64,000 nt of DNA from a virus: positions 1 to 64,000 of IMG/VR virus record IMGVR_UViG_3300042567_000108; one strand, given 5' to 3'. Positions 37,012-47,454 of this stretch are shown piece after piece. Numbering within the stretch: position 1 is the first letter of the stretch; the number at the start of each line of letters is the position of its first letter. A program made the position numbers and the translations under genes. The notes beneath the pieces are model-generated. The model was not told the origin of the DNA. It saw only the letters and a program-made list of their open reading frames with translations, and ran no database searches.

Positions 37012-37485
37012 ATGAGCAACAACTACTGGGACGAAGACGAAGACGACATCGATACAACTCCAAACACTGATGAAGGTGCAATGAAACAATTGCGCAAGGC
37101 TAAGCGTGCGGATGAAAAGCGTATCAAGGAGTTAACCGAGCAACTTGAGACATTCACAAAAGCGCAACGTGAAGCGGTTATCAAGAAAGTCCTAGAAACA
37201 AAAGGCGTAAGTCCTAAAGCGGCACGATTAGTAGCACGAGAGATTGAAGGCGACTTCACAGAAGAGACAGTTTCTAACTGGCTTGATGATAACGCTGATG
37301 TCTTTGGGCTACAAGTGCAGCAGGAACAGCCTGCAAACACCCTTGACCGTGCTGCATTGCGTCAGCAGGACATGGTAACACAGCAGGCGATGACGCCTGA
37401 TGCCGACCAAAATCTGGCATACCAAGTAGACAACGCTTCGGAAGAAGAACTACTTGCCATGATTTATTCAGGCAAAATTAATTAA
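37012..37485 (+). CDS. Capsid scaffolding protein
   Basis: Acidic N-terminus, coiled coil, directly before the capsid gene. Confidence 0.75.
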   Translation: MSNNYWDEDEDDIDTTPNTDEGAMKQLRKAKRADEKRIKELTEQLETFTKAQREAVIKKVLETKGVSPKAARLVAREIEGDFTEETVSNWLDDNADVFGLQVQQEQPANTLDRAALRQQDMVTQQAMTPDADQNLAYQVDNASEEELLAMIYSGKIN

Positions 37486-37525
37486 CAACAACCGAATCTA
37501 ATACCCTCATAAGGAGGTGCAATAA

Positions 37526-38722
37526 ATGGCTAATGCATATACAACCACAGGCTCCAACTCGCTTGGAGGTACCGTTGGTGGTGCTGGTCTCGTACAAAAG
37601 GCGTATGACCGTCTTGTCGAGTTCGCACTCCGTGCACAACCACTAATCCGTTCAGTTGCCGATAAGACACCTGCACGTCAAAGCATCCCTGGTTCATCAG
37701 TTGTTTTGCAGCGTTATGTTGACTTGACAAAGAAGACAGCAACACTCACAGAAACAGTTGACCCAGATGCAGTAGCGTTGGCAACACCAACCTACACAAC
37801 AATTACTCTTGCAGAGTATGGTAACGCAGTACTTGTAACACGTGCGTTGGAACTATTCAGCCTTGCTGATGTAGACCCAGCAATCGCTAACATTATTGCG
37901 TTCAACATGGCAGACTCAATTGACGAAGTTGCTCAGACAGTGCTACGCGCTGGAACAAACGTACTTCGTGGCGGAACTGCTACATCTCGCGGAACAATTA
38001 CATCATCTGATGTATTTACTTCAGCACTTGCACGTAAGGCAACTGCAAAGTTGCGTTCTGAAAAGGCTATCCCTCGCAAGGGTTCACTATACTGGGCTGG
38101 TATCCACCCAGAAGTTTCACATGACCTTCGCGCCGAAACAGGCGTAGGTTCATGGCGTCAGCCACACGAGTATCAGTCAAATGATGCTATCTGGGCAGGC
38201 GAAATTGGTACATACGAAGGTGCTTTCTATGTAGAGTCACCACGTCTGTACTCAGACAAGTTAGGTGCAGACCGCACAGCACTTGCAACTACAGCAGTAA
38301 CTGTAGCAGCAGCATCAGCAGCAACATCATTTGGTATTGCTTCTTCTTCTGCTATCGCTACATCTGCACAGCCAGGAGATAAGATTTCAGGAACAGGCAT
38401 TGCGTCTGGTTCTCTTATCGTATCTATTACAACAGATGGTTCAACATCAACAGTTACTGTTGATACACCATTCTCTGCTGCAGTCACATCGACTACAACA
38501 ATCACTGTTACACCTGAGACAAAGGTATTCAATACCTACTTCGCAGGACAGCAGGCATTGGCTGAGGCAGTTGCCGAAGAGCCACACGTTGTAATCGGAC
38601 CTGTCGTTGACAAGTTGATGCGTCACCGTCCACTCGGATGGTACGGCGTACTTGGTCACGCTATCTACCGTGAAGAGGCGCTTTACCGCGTTGAGACTTC
38701 TTCATCAATTGACTTTGTGTAA
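37526..38722 (+). CDS. Major capsid protein (HK97 fold, N4-gp56-like) with Ser/Thr-rich insertion
   Basis: SD AAGGAGG; L-EYG, IHP-V-HDL, GEIG-YEG and GWYG motifs. Confidence 0.9.
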   Translation: MANAYTTTGSNSLGGTVGGAGLVQKAYDRLVEFALRAQPLIRSVADKTPARQSIPGSSVVLQRYVDLTKKTATLTETVDPDAVALATPTYTTITLAEYGNAVLVTRALELFSLADVDPAIANIIAFNMADSIDEVAQTVLRAGTNVLRGGTATSRGTITSSDVFTSALARKATAKLRSEKAIPRKGSLYWAGIHPEVSHDLRAETGVGSWRQPHEYQSNDAIWAGEIGTYEGAFYVESPRLYSDKLGADRTALATTAVTVAAASAATSFGIASSSAIATSAQPGDKISGTGIASGSLIVSITTDGSTSTVTVDTPFSAAVTSTTTITVTPETKVFNTYFAGQQALAEAVAEEPHVVIGPVVDKLMRHRPLGWYGVLGHAIYREEALYRVETSSSIDFV

Positions 38723-38726
38723 GCAA

Positions 38727-38790
38727 TAGTTAACTGACGACAGAGCAGGGGCAGCAATGTCCCTGCTTTGTAGTAAGTCAACTAAGGAGA
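38727..38790 (+). promoter_or_regulatory. Conserved stem-loop after capsid gene
   Basis: ACAGAGCAGGGGCA-GCAA-TGTCCCTGCTTTGT; layout as at 191-250. Confidence 0.6.
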
Positions 38791-38793
38791 CTA

Positions 38794-39054
38794 ATGACTA
38801 AGTATTACTTAAATCCTCCTACGGAGGAATACGGTCCAGCAGGCGGTGGACGTTTGTTTATCCGCTATCGCTTGACACGAGGCATCAGTCTTATGCGCAA
38901 CAACGGCGTTTGGTCTGAGATTAGATTCCCTACTGAAGACATCATAAGAGAAGCCGACAAGTTTTATCTTGGCGGTAGTGAATATGAAATTGATTTAGGT
39001 ACATATGATTCCTTGGTAGCACAAGGGTACGGGGCATACGTAAGGACGGAATAA
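38794..39054 (+). CDS. Conserved hypothetical protein
   Basis: Homologue 254-523. Confidence 0.8.
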   Translation: MTKYYLNPPTEEYGPAGGGRLFIRYRLTRGISLMRNNGVWSEIRFPTEDIIREADKFYLGGSEYEIDLGTYDSLVAQGYGAYVRTE

Positions 39055-39497
39055 TGGAGCATCAGCATATTAGCAAGGTGCTTGAATGGGGATTCAGTGC
39101 AGACCACAACTTTGAAGTAGCCCTATGGGGTTGCGTGTTGTGCGACATAACATCAGATAAACCATTTGAGTATGAAGAAATTTCAATTGACCACACTCAG
39201 TGTGATGATGATTGTTTTGGTTGCAAGGCTAAAGGTTTGCAACTAGCAACAGGAGATGCAGCAGGCAACATTGTTGCTAGCGGTACTACTCAGAAAAAAT
39301 GGGACAAAGAGTTGGCTTTCTATAAAGAGGCTAGAGCACAAGGGGTACAACCTGAAGGCACTTCTCGCAAGGCTATAGAAAAGGCATTAGATGCATCAGC
39401 GGTTTTAAACAAACCTTACAATGCCGAAAAGATGCCTAAAGCCAAAGATGTAACTAAAGAAACCGTAGCAGTAATGAAAGAGATAGGTCAAATCTAA
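39054..39497 (+). CDS. Conserved Cys/His protein
   Basis: Homologue 531-977. Confidence 0.8.
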   Translation: MEHQHISKVLEWGFSADHNFEVALWGCVLCDITSDKPFEYEEISIDHTQCDDDCFGCKAKGLQLATGDAAGNIVASGTTQKKWDKELAFYKEARAQGVQPEGTSRKAIEKALDASAVLNKPYNAEKMPKAKDVTKETVAVMKEIGQI

Positions 39498-39703
39498 TGG
39501 CAGCAAAAAAGAAGGCAGCCTCAATGTCAATGAAAAAAGACATGAAGCAAGATGCAAAGATGATGAAGGGCATGAAGCCAGCGCAGAAGTCCGCCTTCAA
39601 GAAGGCTGACAAAAAGATGGATGCTAAGCGACCTACCGCTAAAGCAGACATGCGTATGGACATGGCTCTTCGCAAGCGTATTATGGCAAAGAAGGGTAAG
39701 TAA
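39497..39703 (+). CDS. Lys/Met-rich mini-protein
   Basis: Coupled, very basic. Confidence 0.7.
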   Translation: MAAKKKAASMSMKKDMKQDAKMMKGMKPAQKSAFKKADKKMDAKRPTAKADMRMDMALRKRIMAKKGK

Positions 39704-39705
39704 TT

Positions 39706-39900
39706 ATGTGCACAGCATGTGGATGTAAGGATACAGCAGTAACTATTGACGCACCAGTGCGTAACAGTACAAAGCCAGCAGCAGGAGCAATCCCTGGCTA
39801 CACACAGGGTTCATCAATTGGTGGACAAGAACTTCATCGCTCAGATGCAAGTGTCATTAAGGGTTGGAATGTTCCAGCACCATACGGAAAAGGAAAGTAA
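39706..39900 (+). CDS. Small protein (MCTACGC...)
   Basis: Packed ORF in the late operon. Confidence 0.65.
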   Translation: MCTACGCKDTAVTIDAPVRNSTKPAAGAIPGYTQGSSIGGQELHRSDASVIKGWNVPAPYGKGK

Positions 39901-39902
39901 CA

Positions 39903-40136
39903 ATGGCTAACGAATACATGAAATCAAATGAGACAGCAGCAGGTCTTGTTATTCCTGCAAAGGTACGTAAGGCTGCAACAGATACATCATCTGTAAACAA
40001 GGCTCAGTTTATGGGCGGAGTAGGTCCAGCAGTAGCACCTATGTCAGCACCACGCTCAGGCAAGGGTACACCTAACGGACCTGCACAGGTTATCAAGGGT
40101 GTGTACACACAGCCTGAAGGCGGACGCAGACCGTAA
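39903..40136 (+). CDS. Small hypothetical protein
   Basis: Start moved to MANEY after AAGGA. Confidence 0.65.
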   Translation: MANEYMKSNETAAGLVIPAKVRKAATDTSSVNKAQFMGGVGPAVAPMSAPRSGKGTPNGPAQVIKGVYTQPEGGRRP

Positions 40137-40282
40137 TGGCTACCGCTAAGAAAGCAGTTGCAAAAGGTTCAGTTGCTAAGACATTTGATGTAAACAAACT
40201 AAAGCCAAAGATGACTCCGCAAGATAGGGCAATGCTTAAAATCTTGCAGAACAAATATGGCAAAGACGTTTATAAAGGATAA
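40136..40282 (+). CDS. Basic mini-protein (48 aa)
   Basis: PKMTPQD-AMLKI shared with 1130-1288. Confidence 0.7.
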   Translation: MATAKKAVAKGSVAKTFDVNKLKPKMTPQDRAMLKILQNKYGKDVYKG

Positions 40283-40284
40283 CA

Positions 40285-40440
40285 ATGGCAAAGGGCATGG
40301 GCTTCAAAGCCGCACAAAAGAGCATCGCAAAGAAGAGCGGTGTATCAATGAAGTCTGCTGGTGCAATCCTCGCATCCTCTACACGCAAGGCAAGCCCAGC
40401 AGCAAAGAAAAAGAATCCGAATCTGAAGAAGGTTAAGTAA
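40285..40440 (+). CDS. Basic mini-protein (51 aa)
   Basis: MAKGMGFKAAQKSIAKK...NPNLKKVK; SD AAGGA. Confidence 0.7.
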   Translation: MAKGMGFKAAQKSIAKKSGVSMKSAGAILASSTRKASPAAKKKNPNLKKVK

Positions 40441-40697
40441 TGACAGACCCTAGACTAAAGCGAGCAGGAGTGTCAGGTTTTAATAAGCCTAAGCGCACAC
40501 CAAACCACCCAAAGAAAAGCCACGTAGTTGTGGCTAAAGAAGGTAGTACGGTCAAGACTATTCGCTTTGGTCAACAGGGCGTTACTGGTGACCGTCAGCC
40601 AAGTAAGCGACAGGCTTCATTTAAAGCCCGTCATGCTAAGAACATTGCTAAGGGCAAGATGTCGGCTGCATACTGGGCGGATAGAGTCAAATGGTAG
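40440..40697 (+). CDS. Conserved basic phage protein
   Basis: Homologue 1290-1547. Confidence 0.9.
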   Translation: MTDPRLKRAGVSGFNKPKRTPNHPKKSHVVVAKEGSTVKTIRFGQQGVTGDRQPSKRQASFKARHAKNIAKGKMSAAYWADRVKW

Positions 40698-40873
40698 CAA
40701 AGAAAAAATCCACAGTTAACTCTGCTGGTAATTACACAAAGCCCGCTATGCGTGCTTCTTTGTTTAAGAAAATCAAGGCTGGCTCTAAGGGTGGAGACCC
40801 TGGTGAGTGGTCTGCTCGTAAGGCTCAGTTGCTTGCTACTCAATACAAAAAAGCAGGCGGAGGCTACAAGTAA
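40691..40873 (+). CDS. DUF5872-like protein, N-terminal half
   Basis: Homologue 1541-1729. Confidence 0.8.
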   Translation: MVAKKKSTVNSAGNYTKPAMRASLFKKIKAGSKGGDPGEWSARKAQLLATQYKKAGGGYK

Positions 40874-41109
40874 TGGCACTAGCCAAATCACAAGAGTCAC
40901 TTAAAAAGTGGACTGCACAAAAATGGAAGACTTCTGATGGCAAACCATCTAAAGGCAAGAAAAGATATTTGCCAGAAAAAGCATGGAGTTCTTTGACTGC
41001 TGCAGAAAAAGCAGCAACTAATAAAGCCAAGGCTTCAGGTAATGCAAAGGGCAAACAGTTTGTAAAACAACCTAAGCCTATTGCTAAAAAAACAGCAAAA
41101 TACAGATAA
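40873..41109 (+). CDS. DUF5872-like protein, C-terminal half
   Basis: Homologue 1729-1965. Confidence 0.8.
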   Translation: MALAKSQESLKKWTAQKWKTSDGKPSKGKKRYLPEKAWSSLTAAEKAATNKAKASGNAKGKQFVKQPKPIAKKTAKYR

Positions 41110-41117
41110 GGTAGATA

Positions 41118-41450
41118 ATGACAGTATATGGAACTGCAACTTACAATGGTACTAGTTATACCCTGTATGGTTTTCCTGGGTCTACACTTCGTGACGAACT
41201 CAATCGCCTTGCTAATGGCGGGGAGTATCCACCGCTTACAGAATACAAAGATGAAGACGGAGCGGTTAACGACTGGGTTGGAACACCAGCAGGTACACCT
41301 CTAGCATCTGCTCTTAATCTTAAGTCTGACCCTAATCGTGCATACACGGCATACAAGGGCAACAACGCTGCTGCATGCGAAATTGCTGGTATTACAGACC
41401 CAGCCAAATACATTGAAATTGTTACCGCACTAAGAACGGTTGCTTCCTAA
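41118..41450 (+). CDS. Hypothetical virion-associated protein
   Basis: Homologue 1965-2240. Confidence 0.8.
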   Translation: MTVYGTATYNGTSYTLYGFPGSTLRDELNRLANGGEYPPLTEYKDEDGAVNDWVGTPAGTPLASALNLKSDPNRAYTAYKGNNAAACEIAGITDPAKYIEIVTALRTVAS

Positions 41451-42343
41451 TGACAACACTAGACAATTTAATTGATGATGTACAGATAGACCTTGCAGGT
41501 TTTACGTACCGTCAAGACAGAGTAACTTACCTAGTATCTGCTGCTACCAGTTCAGACCTAGTACTCAATGTTGCTACCACCGACAATATTGCCAAAGGCA
41601 TTATTGAAATTGACAATGAAATGATGTGGGTAGATTCTTATGACCGTCAAGCAAATACTGTTACTATCGCTCCTTTTGGTCGCGGATACAATGGCACTAC
41701 TCCTACTGCTCACGCTACTAACACAAAAGTAGTTATTACCCCTACCTTTCCACGTCAAGTGGTTAAGCGTGCAGTCAACGATACAATTGGTGCAGTATAC
41801 CCAAAGGTATTTGCAACTGGATATACAGGCGTAACATTTTTGGCTAGCCGCACAACATACGCAGTACCACAAGAAGCAATTCAAATTCTTTCAATGGCAT
41901 GGCAATCAGTAGGACCAACAAAGGAATGGTTACCAGTTCGTCAATGGCGTTGGGACCCTATTGCTTATCCATCAGCATTTCCTACAGGCAGAACTGTATC
42001 AATCTATGACAACGTACTTCCAGGTCGTACTATAAATATTGTTTACTCACACATGCCAGTTGCATTAGAAAATGATTCAGATGATTTTGAGACTGTATCG
42101 GGACTACCATCTTCAATGAGAGATGTAATTATATATGGCGCTGCATGGCGTTTATCCTCATACCTTGACCCAGCACGTAACTCTATTACTACACCAGCAT
42201 CAGATGAACTTGACACCAAGCGTCCATATGGCACAGGCACCACAGTAACAAGAAACTTACAGACGTTGTATTTACAACGCCTTGAAGAAGAATCCCTGAA
42301 GCAGAAACTTCAGTTCCCTACCCGCGTCCACTATTCACGATAG
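41450..42343 (+). CDS. Putative head-tail adaptor
   Basis: Homologue 2237-3154. Confidence 0.55.
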   Translation: MTTLDNLIDDVQIDLAGFTYRQDRVTYLVSAATSSDLVLNVATTDNIAKGIIEIDNEMMWVDSYDRQANTVTIAPFGRGYNGTTPTAHATNTKVVITPTFPRQVVKRAVNDTIGAVYPKVFATGYTGVTFLASRTTYAVPQEAIQILSMAWQSVGPTKEWLPVRQWRWDPIAYPSAFPTGRTVSIYDNVLPGRTINIVYSHMPVALENDSDDFETVSGLPSSMRDVIIYGAAWRLSSYLDPARNSITTPASDELDTKRPYGTGTTVTRNLQTLYLQRLEEESLKQKLQFPTRVHYSR

Positions 42344-42351
42344 GCGAATAA

Positions 42352-44229
42352 ATGACAGTACGTAAGTATACCTCCCGTTCACAGCAAACAACACTGTCAT
42401 CAGCAGTTACCTCTGGTGCTACTGTTATCCCAGTAACTAACGCTTCTACGTTACTTGCTGGTACAACTATCTCTGCTGGTCAAACCTTTGTGGTTGTTAT
42501 TGACCCAGATACAGCCCTTGAAGAAATTGTAGAAATTACCTCTGCGTCTTCTAATAACCTGACAGTAACTCGCGCTGTTGATATGTCTGGTGCATCAGCA
42601 CAAGACCACTCATCAGGTGCTGTAGTACGTCACATGATTATTGGACGTGACCTTCGTGAATCAAACCTACACATTGAAGCAACTGGTGCTTACAATGATG
42701 GTACTGGCACTCACGCTATGCACGGACTTGGTTCATCAGATGGTGTGGTAGTTGGTACTACTGCTACTCAGACACTTACTAACAAGACTCTTACATCACC
42801 AATTCTTACTGGTGCTGGTGTAGATGCAAGTATTGTATTTGAAGGTGCAACTGCAGATGCTCATGAAACTACACTTACCGTAGCAGAGCCAACTCAAGAC
42901 AACACAATTACATTGCCTAATACATCAGGTACTGTAGCAATTCTTGATGCTACTCAAACTTTAACTAATAAGACATTAACTACAGCAACTCTTGGTTCTG
43001 CTCTTAATGCTGGTGCTTTTAAGATTACAAATCTTGCAACACCAACAGATGCTAGTGATGCAGTACGTAAAGATTTTGCAGATGCTCAAGTTGCTGCTGC
43101 TGCTACATCTGCTGCATCAGCGGCGGCTTCTGCCACCGCTGCTGCTACCAGCGCTACAAGCGCTGCTGCTTCTGCTACTACTGCTGCTGCTTCTGTAGCC
43201 AGTATACTCTCAGCCGCAACAAGTGCAAGTAACTCTGCTAGCGCGGCGGCAACTTCTGCTACCAGCGCTGCAGCCTCGGCTACGGCTGCTGCTACAAGTG
43301 CTACCAGTGCCGCTGCAAGCGCCACTACAGCCTCTAACTCGGCTTCTACGGCTACTACACAGGCTGCTGCAGCCGTTGTCTCAGCAACCTCTGCAGCCGC
43401 TTCTGCTACCGCAGCAGCCACGTCTGCTACATCTGCTGCTGCATCAGTATCTGCCGTGGCTACATCTGCAGCCTCTGCTTTAACTAGTCAAACCGCTGCT
43501 GCTACTTCGGCTACTTCTGCTGCAGCGTCTCAGACGGCAGCAGCGACCTCAGCCTCAAGTGCTGCTACCTCAGCATCTAGTGCTGCAACTAGCGCATCAT
43601 CTGCTGCTACAACTTATGACAACTTTGATGACCGTTACCTTGGTAGCAAGTCAACTGCTCCTACTGTAGACAATGATGGCAATACACTTCTTGTGGGTGC
43701 TATTTACTGGAACGATGTTCTTAATGCTATGTATGTATGGTCAGGTACTGTATGGGTACAGATTGCAACAACATCTGTTTACACAGCGCCTACTCTTGGT
43801 AGCACAACTATTGCATCAGGTACAACTTATGCAAATGTATCTGGATTAACTATTAACTCAACTACTATACCAACATCTAAGACATTAGTAGTTACTACAG
43901 ATAAATTAAATGTTCTTGCTGCAACAACTTCTGCAGAATTGGCTGGTGTTATTTCTGATGAGACTGGTTCTGGTGCATTAGTATTTGCTAATACGCCAAC
44001 ACTGGTTACTCCAGCATTAGGTGTAGCAACTGCTACTAGTATTAATGGAACAACAATTCCATCATCTAAAACTTTAGTTGCTACAGATTCAACTCAATAT
44101 GTAGTGCCAAGTCAAACTGGCAATTCAGGTAAATATTTAACTACTGACGGAACAACTGCTTCTTGGGCAGTAGTTGACGTAACTTCAATTCAAGACAACT
44201 ATATCCTCGTCCTTATGGGCGCAATCTAA
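42352..44229 (+). CDS. Tail fibre protein with Ala/Ser/Thr repeat stalk
   Basis: Homologue 3163-4842; repeats about 43090-43610. Confidence 0.8.
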   Translation: MTVRKYTSRSQQTTLSSAVTSGATVIPVTNASTLLAGTTISAGQTFVVVIDPDTALEEIVEITSASSNNLTVTRAVDMSGASAQDHSSGAVVRHMIIGRDLRESNLHIEATGAYNDGTGTHAMHGLGSSDGVVVGTTATQTLTNKTLTSPILTGAGVDASIVFEGATADAHETTLTVAEPTQDNTITLPNTSGTVAILDATQTLTNKTLTTATLGSALNAGAFKITNLATPTDASDAVRKDFADAQVAAAATSAASAAASATAAATSATSAAASATTAAASVASILSAATSASNSASAAATSATSAAASATAAATSATSAAASATTASNSASTATTQAAAAVVSATSAAASATAAATSATSAAASVSAVATSAASALTSQTAAATSATSAAASQTAAATSASSAATSASSAATSASSAATTYDNFDDRYLGSKSTAPTVDNDGNTLLVGAIYWNDVLNAMYVWSGTVWVQIATTSVYTAPTLGSTTIASGTTYANVSGLTINSTTIPTSKTLVVTTDKLNVLAATTSAELAGVISDETGSGALVFANTPTLVTPALGVATATSINGTTIPSSKTLVATDSTQYVVPSQTGNSGKYLTTDGTTASWAVVDVTSIQDNYILVLMGAI

Positions 44230-44246
44230 GAAAGGCGTAGTAACTA

Positions 44247-44549
44247 ATGGCTACCGTATCAAAGACCCTGGCTCGTACAGCAGCAGCAACATCAAACACT
44301 ACTCTATACACAGTCCCATCCTTAACTACAACTGTAGTAACTGACATTGTTGTGACTAATACTGCATCATCTACTTCTAATTTTACTTTAAGTTTTAATG
44401 ATATTGTTTTTGCACAGAATGTAACTGTTGGAGCCTATGACTCAACGGTTGTTCAGGTAAAGCAACCTCTTGCCGCTGCGCAAACAATTAAAGGTTTAGC
44501 GTCTGCAACAACAGTTAACTTCCACATTGGCGGAGTGGAGATTGCATAG
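44247..44549 (+). CDS. Small tail-associated protein
   Basis: Homologue 4860-5162. Confidence 0.8.
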   Translation: MATVSKTLARTAAATSNTTLYTVPSLTTTVVTDIVVTNTASSTSNFTLSFNDIVFAQNVTVGAYDSTVVQVKQPLAAAQTIKGLASATTVNFHIGGVEIA

Positions 44550-45166
44550 TGTCAGTCTACAAACTTTCTAATGCAGGTGGATTGAAAGCAAAAACTGTAT
44601 ACACTTCTTTCCTTGCAGGAAACTCTACGTATGTTCCCCCATTTGTACCTAGTGGTGCTTATGATTCTATTGCTACAACAACAGTTGGAACAGGTGGTGC
44701 GTCTACTATTACTTTTAGTTCTATCCCTCAAACTTACAAACACTTACAGTTGCGTATTCTTGTTCAAGGAACATCATCTTTTGATTCTCCATTTTTACCA
44801 GTTCAACTTAACGGAGTTACCGCTGCATCTTATGCTTTCCATAGGTTCTGGGGTGATGGCTCAACTGCTACTTATCAAACATCAGCCAATCAAAATTACA
44901 TTGTTCTTCCAAGATTTGTTGATACTGGAAATGCAGGTTACGCAAACAAGTTTGGAGCAATGATTGTAGATATTGCGGATTATTCAAGCACAACTAAAAC
45001 TAAAACAATTCTTGCAACAGGTGGATTTGACTCAAATGGTGCTGGTCAAATTGGTTTTAATTCTGGGTTGTTTAACAACACTTCAGCAATTACATCTATA
45101 ACTTTTGACACTTCTGGTGTAGCGCAATATTCACAATTTGCTTTATACGGAATTAAGGGAGATTAA
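44549..45166 (+). CDS. Tail-associated paralogue 1
   Basis: Homologue 5162-5785 with divergent interior. Confidence 0.7.
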   Translation: MSVYKLSNAGGLKAKTVYTSFLAGNSTYVPPFVPSGAYDSIATTTVGTGGASTITFSSIPQTYKHLQLRILVQGTSSFDSPFLPVQLNGVTAASYAFHRFWGDGSTATYQTSANQNYIVLPRFVDTGNAGYANKFGAMIVDIADYSSTTKTKTILATGGFDSNGAGQIGFNSGLFNNTSAITSITFDTSGVAQYSQFALYGIKGD

Positions 45167-45168
45167 TT

Positions 45169-45660
45169 ATGCCAGCAGGAAATACATATGTTGCAATAGC
45201 AACACAGACTCTTGGGTCTGCAGCAGCCTCAGTTACCTTTAGTTCTATTCCAAGTACCTATACTGATTTGGTATTAGTGGTTTCAGCACAAAACACGTCT
45301 TCATTAAACAATGGTCAAATTACTTTTAATGGCGACACAAGTACAAATTATTCAGGAACTTATCTGCAAGGAAATAGTTCTAACCCATCAAGCGGTAGAG
45401 TTACAAATACTAGTAATGCTTATACAATGGAATTTACATCTACTGGTTTATCACCTTTAATTACAAATATAATGAATTATTCAAATACTACTACTTTTAA
45501 AACTTTACTACAAAGAGGTGGTTCTGCTAGTGATAGAACTGCTGCTTGGGTAAACCTTTGGCGGTCAACATCTGCTATTACAAGTTTATCTATAGCAACT
45601 TTTGGTGGCAATTTTGCGACTAATTCAACCTTCTCTCTATACGGAATTGCGAGTGCTTAA
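45169..45660 (+). CDS. Tail-associated paralogue 2
   Basis: Homologue 5788-6312 with divergent interior. Confidence 0.7.
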   Translation: MPAGNTYVAIATQTLGSAAASVTFSSIPSTYTDLVLVVSAQNTSSLNNGQITFNGDTSTNYSGTYLQGNSSNPSSGRVTNTSNAYTMEFTSTGLSPLITNIMNYSNTTTFKTLLQRGGSASDRTAAWVNLWRSTSAITSLSIATFGGNFATNSTFSLYGIASA

Positions 45661-45662
45661 CT

Positions 45663-46937
45663 ATGTCTGATAATTATATTCTTTTAGAAAAGATTACTGT
45701 TGGCGCAGCGGGCGCATCTTCTGTGGTATTTTCTAACATTCCTCAAACTGGGTATACAGACTTAGTTATTAAAGGTTCTGTTAGAACAACACAAGCAGCA
45801 ACTTACGGTGTACTTGGAATACGACCTAATGGTAGTACTTCTAATTTAACTGGTATAAGAATGTACGCTGGTGATGGTAATGTTTATTCCGATAATACAG
45901 TTACACTTGCTCTCATAAGTGGTGACTCTACTGGAGCAAATATATTTGGACCTTTCGAAACATATATTGCAAATTATGCAGGTTCAAGTTTTAAAACAAT
46001 TACAACATACGGCACAGGCGAAAGGAACCAAACAAACGATACGTATATGAGCGCATCTACTATTTTATGGTCAGATACTGCAGCAATTACTTCAATAGAA
46101 TTAACACCTGGTGCTGTAGGATTTATTGAACGTTCAACTTTTTACCTTTATGGCGTTGCAAAACTAGGTTCCACTCCTGCTATTGCACCTAAAGCAACAG
46201 GTGGAAGTATAATCGAAACTGACGGTACTTACTGGTACCACGCATTCCTCTCATCGGGAACATTTACTCCTGTTGAGGCTTTATCTTGTGATGTACTTGT
46301 AGTAGCAGGTGGCGGTGGAGGTGGTTATTACAACGGTGGCGGCGGTGGTGCTGGAGGATTACAAGCATTTACTAGTCAATCTATATCAAGCAGTAAAACA
46401 ATTACTATTGGTGCAGGTGCGCCCGCACCTGCTGGTTACGTTGATTCATTAAATGGCAACGATTCAACATTTCAAGGTTTAACCGCCTCTGTTGGCGGCG
46501 GCGCGGGTTCAAGTTATTACACAAAGCCTTCACAAGTTGGCGGTTCAGGCGGTGGTGGTGGAATGGATTACAACACCACTGGTTCAGCAGGAACAGCAGG
46601 TCAAGGTAATGCAGGTGCAAACGGAAACGGAACAACAGTTGCTGGCGGCGGTGGTGGAGCGGGTGGTGTTGGTCAATCGGGCGCAGCAGGTGGAGCAGGC
46701 GGTGTTGGTTCATCAACTTACTCTTCTTGGGGGTCAGTAACAGGCACAGGTCAAAATGTCTCAGGAACTTATTACTATGCAGGTGGTGGTGGTTGGTTAA
46801 CAGGTGGCTCAGGTGGTGGTGGTGCAAATGCTTCTAACGGAGTGGCTAACACTGGTGGCGGTGGCGGTTGCGGTAAAGGCGTCACAAACGGCACAGGCGG
46901 AGGTTCAGGTATTGTGATTGTGAGGTATACAGTATGA
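45663..46937 (+). CDS. Tail-associated glycine-rich protein
   Basis: Same length (424 aa) as, and near-identical to, 6315-7589. Confidence 0.75.
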   Translation: MSDNYILLEKITVGAAGASSVVFSNIPQTGYTDLVIKGSVRTTQAATYGVLGIRPNGSTSNLTGIRMYAGDGNVYSDNTVTLALISGDSTGANIFGPFETYIANYAGSSFKTITTYGTGERNQTNDTYMSASTILWSDTAAITSIELTPGAVGFIERSTFYLYGVAKLGSTPAIAPKATGGSIIETDGTYWYHAFLSSGTFTPVEALSCDVLVVAGGGGGGYYNGGGGGAGGLQAFTSQSISSSKTITIGAGAPAPAGYVDSLNGNDSTFQGLTASVGGGAGSSYYTKPSQVGGSGGGGGMDYNTTGSAGTAGQGNAGANGNGTTVAGGGGGAGGVGQSGAAGGAGGVGSSTYSSWGSVTGTGQNVSGTYYYAGGGGWLTGGSGGGGANASNGVANTGGGGGCGKGVTNGTGGGSGIVIVRYTV

Positions 46938-47037
46938 GTCATTGGGCAGAAGTAGATAACAACAACGTAGTACTACGTGTTCTAGTAGGACCTAACTATG
47001 GAGATGAAGGCGAAGCCTTCTTTAACGCACTTGGCGG
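46884..47037 (+). repeat. 154-bp exact direct repeat (partner 7536-7689)
   Basis: Base-by-base identity. Confidence 0.9.
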
Positions 47038-47221
47038 TACTTGGGTTAAAACAAGTTACAACAACAATATCCGTAAAAACTTTGCAGGTATTGGCTACGC
47101 ATATGACCCAACACTAGATGGATTTATTCCACCTAAGTGCCACGATGAAGCAGTACTAGATGAGGCAACTTGTCTTTGGATTTGCAATAACGAACAACAT
47201 ACTATCAAGGAGATAATCTAA
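46934..47221 (+). CDS. Small tail-associated protein
   Basis: Homologue 7586-7873. Confidence 0.8.
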   Translation: MSHWAEVDNNNVVLRVLVGPNYGDEGEAFFNALGGTWVKTSYNNNIRKNFAGIGYAYDPTLDGFIPPKCHDEAVLDEATCLWICNNEQHTIKEII

Positions 47222-47454
47222 TGTCAGAGACACTAACAAAAATAATCGTAGACTGCTCAACTGGTGTAGTGGCAGAAGTGCCATTGACTGGTGAAGAAAT
47301 TGCACAGCGTGAGGCTGATGTTATTGCAGCAGCAGAACAGAAGGCACTACAAGATGCAGCAGTTGCCGCAGAAGAAGCAGCCAAAGAATCTGCTAAGGCT
47401 AAACTAGCAACACTTGGTCTAACACCAGAAGAAATCGCAGCACTATCTAAGTAA
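47221..47454 (+). CDS. Small fibre-assembly-type protein
   Basis: Homologue 7873-8106. Confidence 0.75.
   Translation: MSETLTKIIVDCSTGVVAEVPLTGEEIAQREADVIAAAEQKALQDAAVAAEEAAKESAKAKLATLGLTPEEIAALSK

Larger units (their letters stand above)
7536..46883. mobile_element. Phage X: apparently complete, circularly permuted podovirus-like actinophage genome (39,348 bp)
   Basis: One full set of terminase, portal, scaffold, capsid, tail, lysis, replication and early genes; bounded by the 154-bp exact repeat; no AGCT found. Confidence 0.7.
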
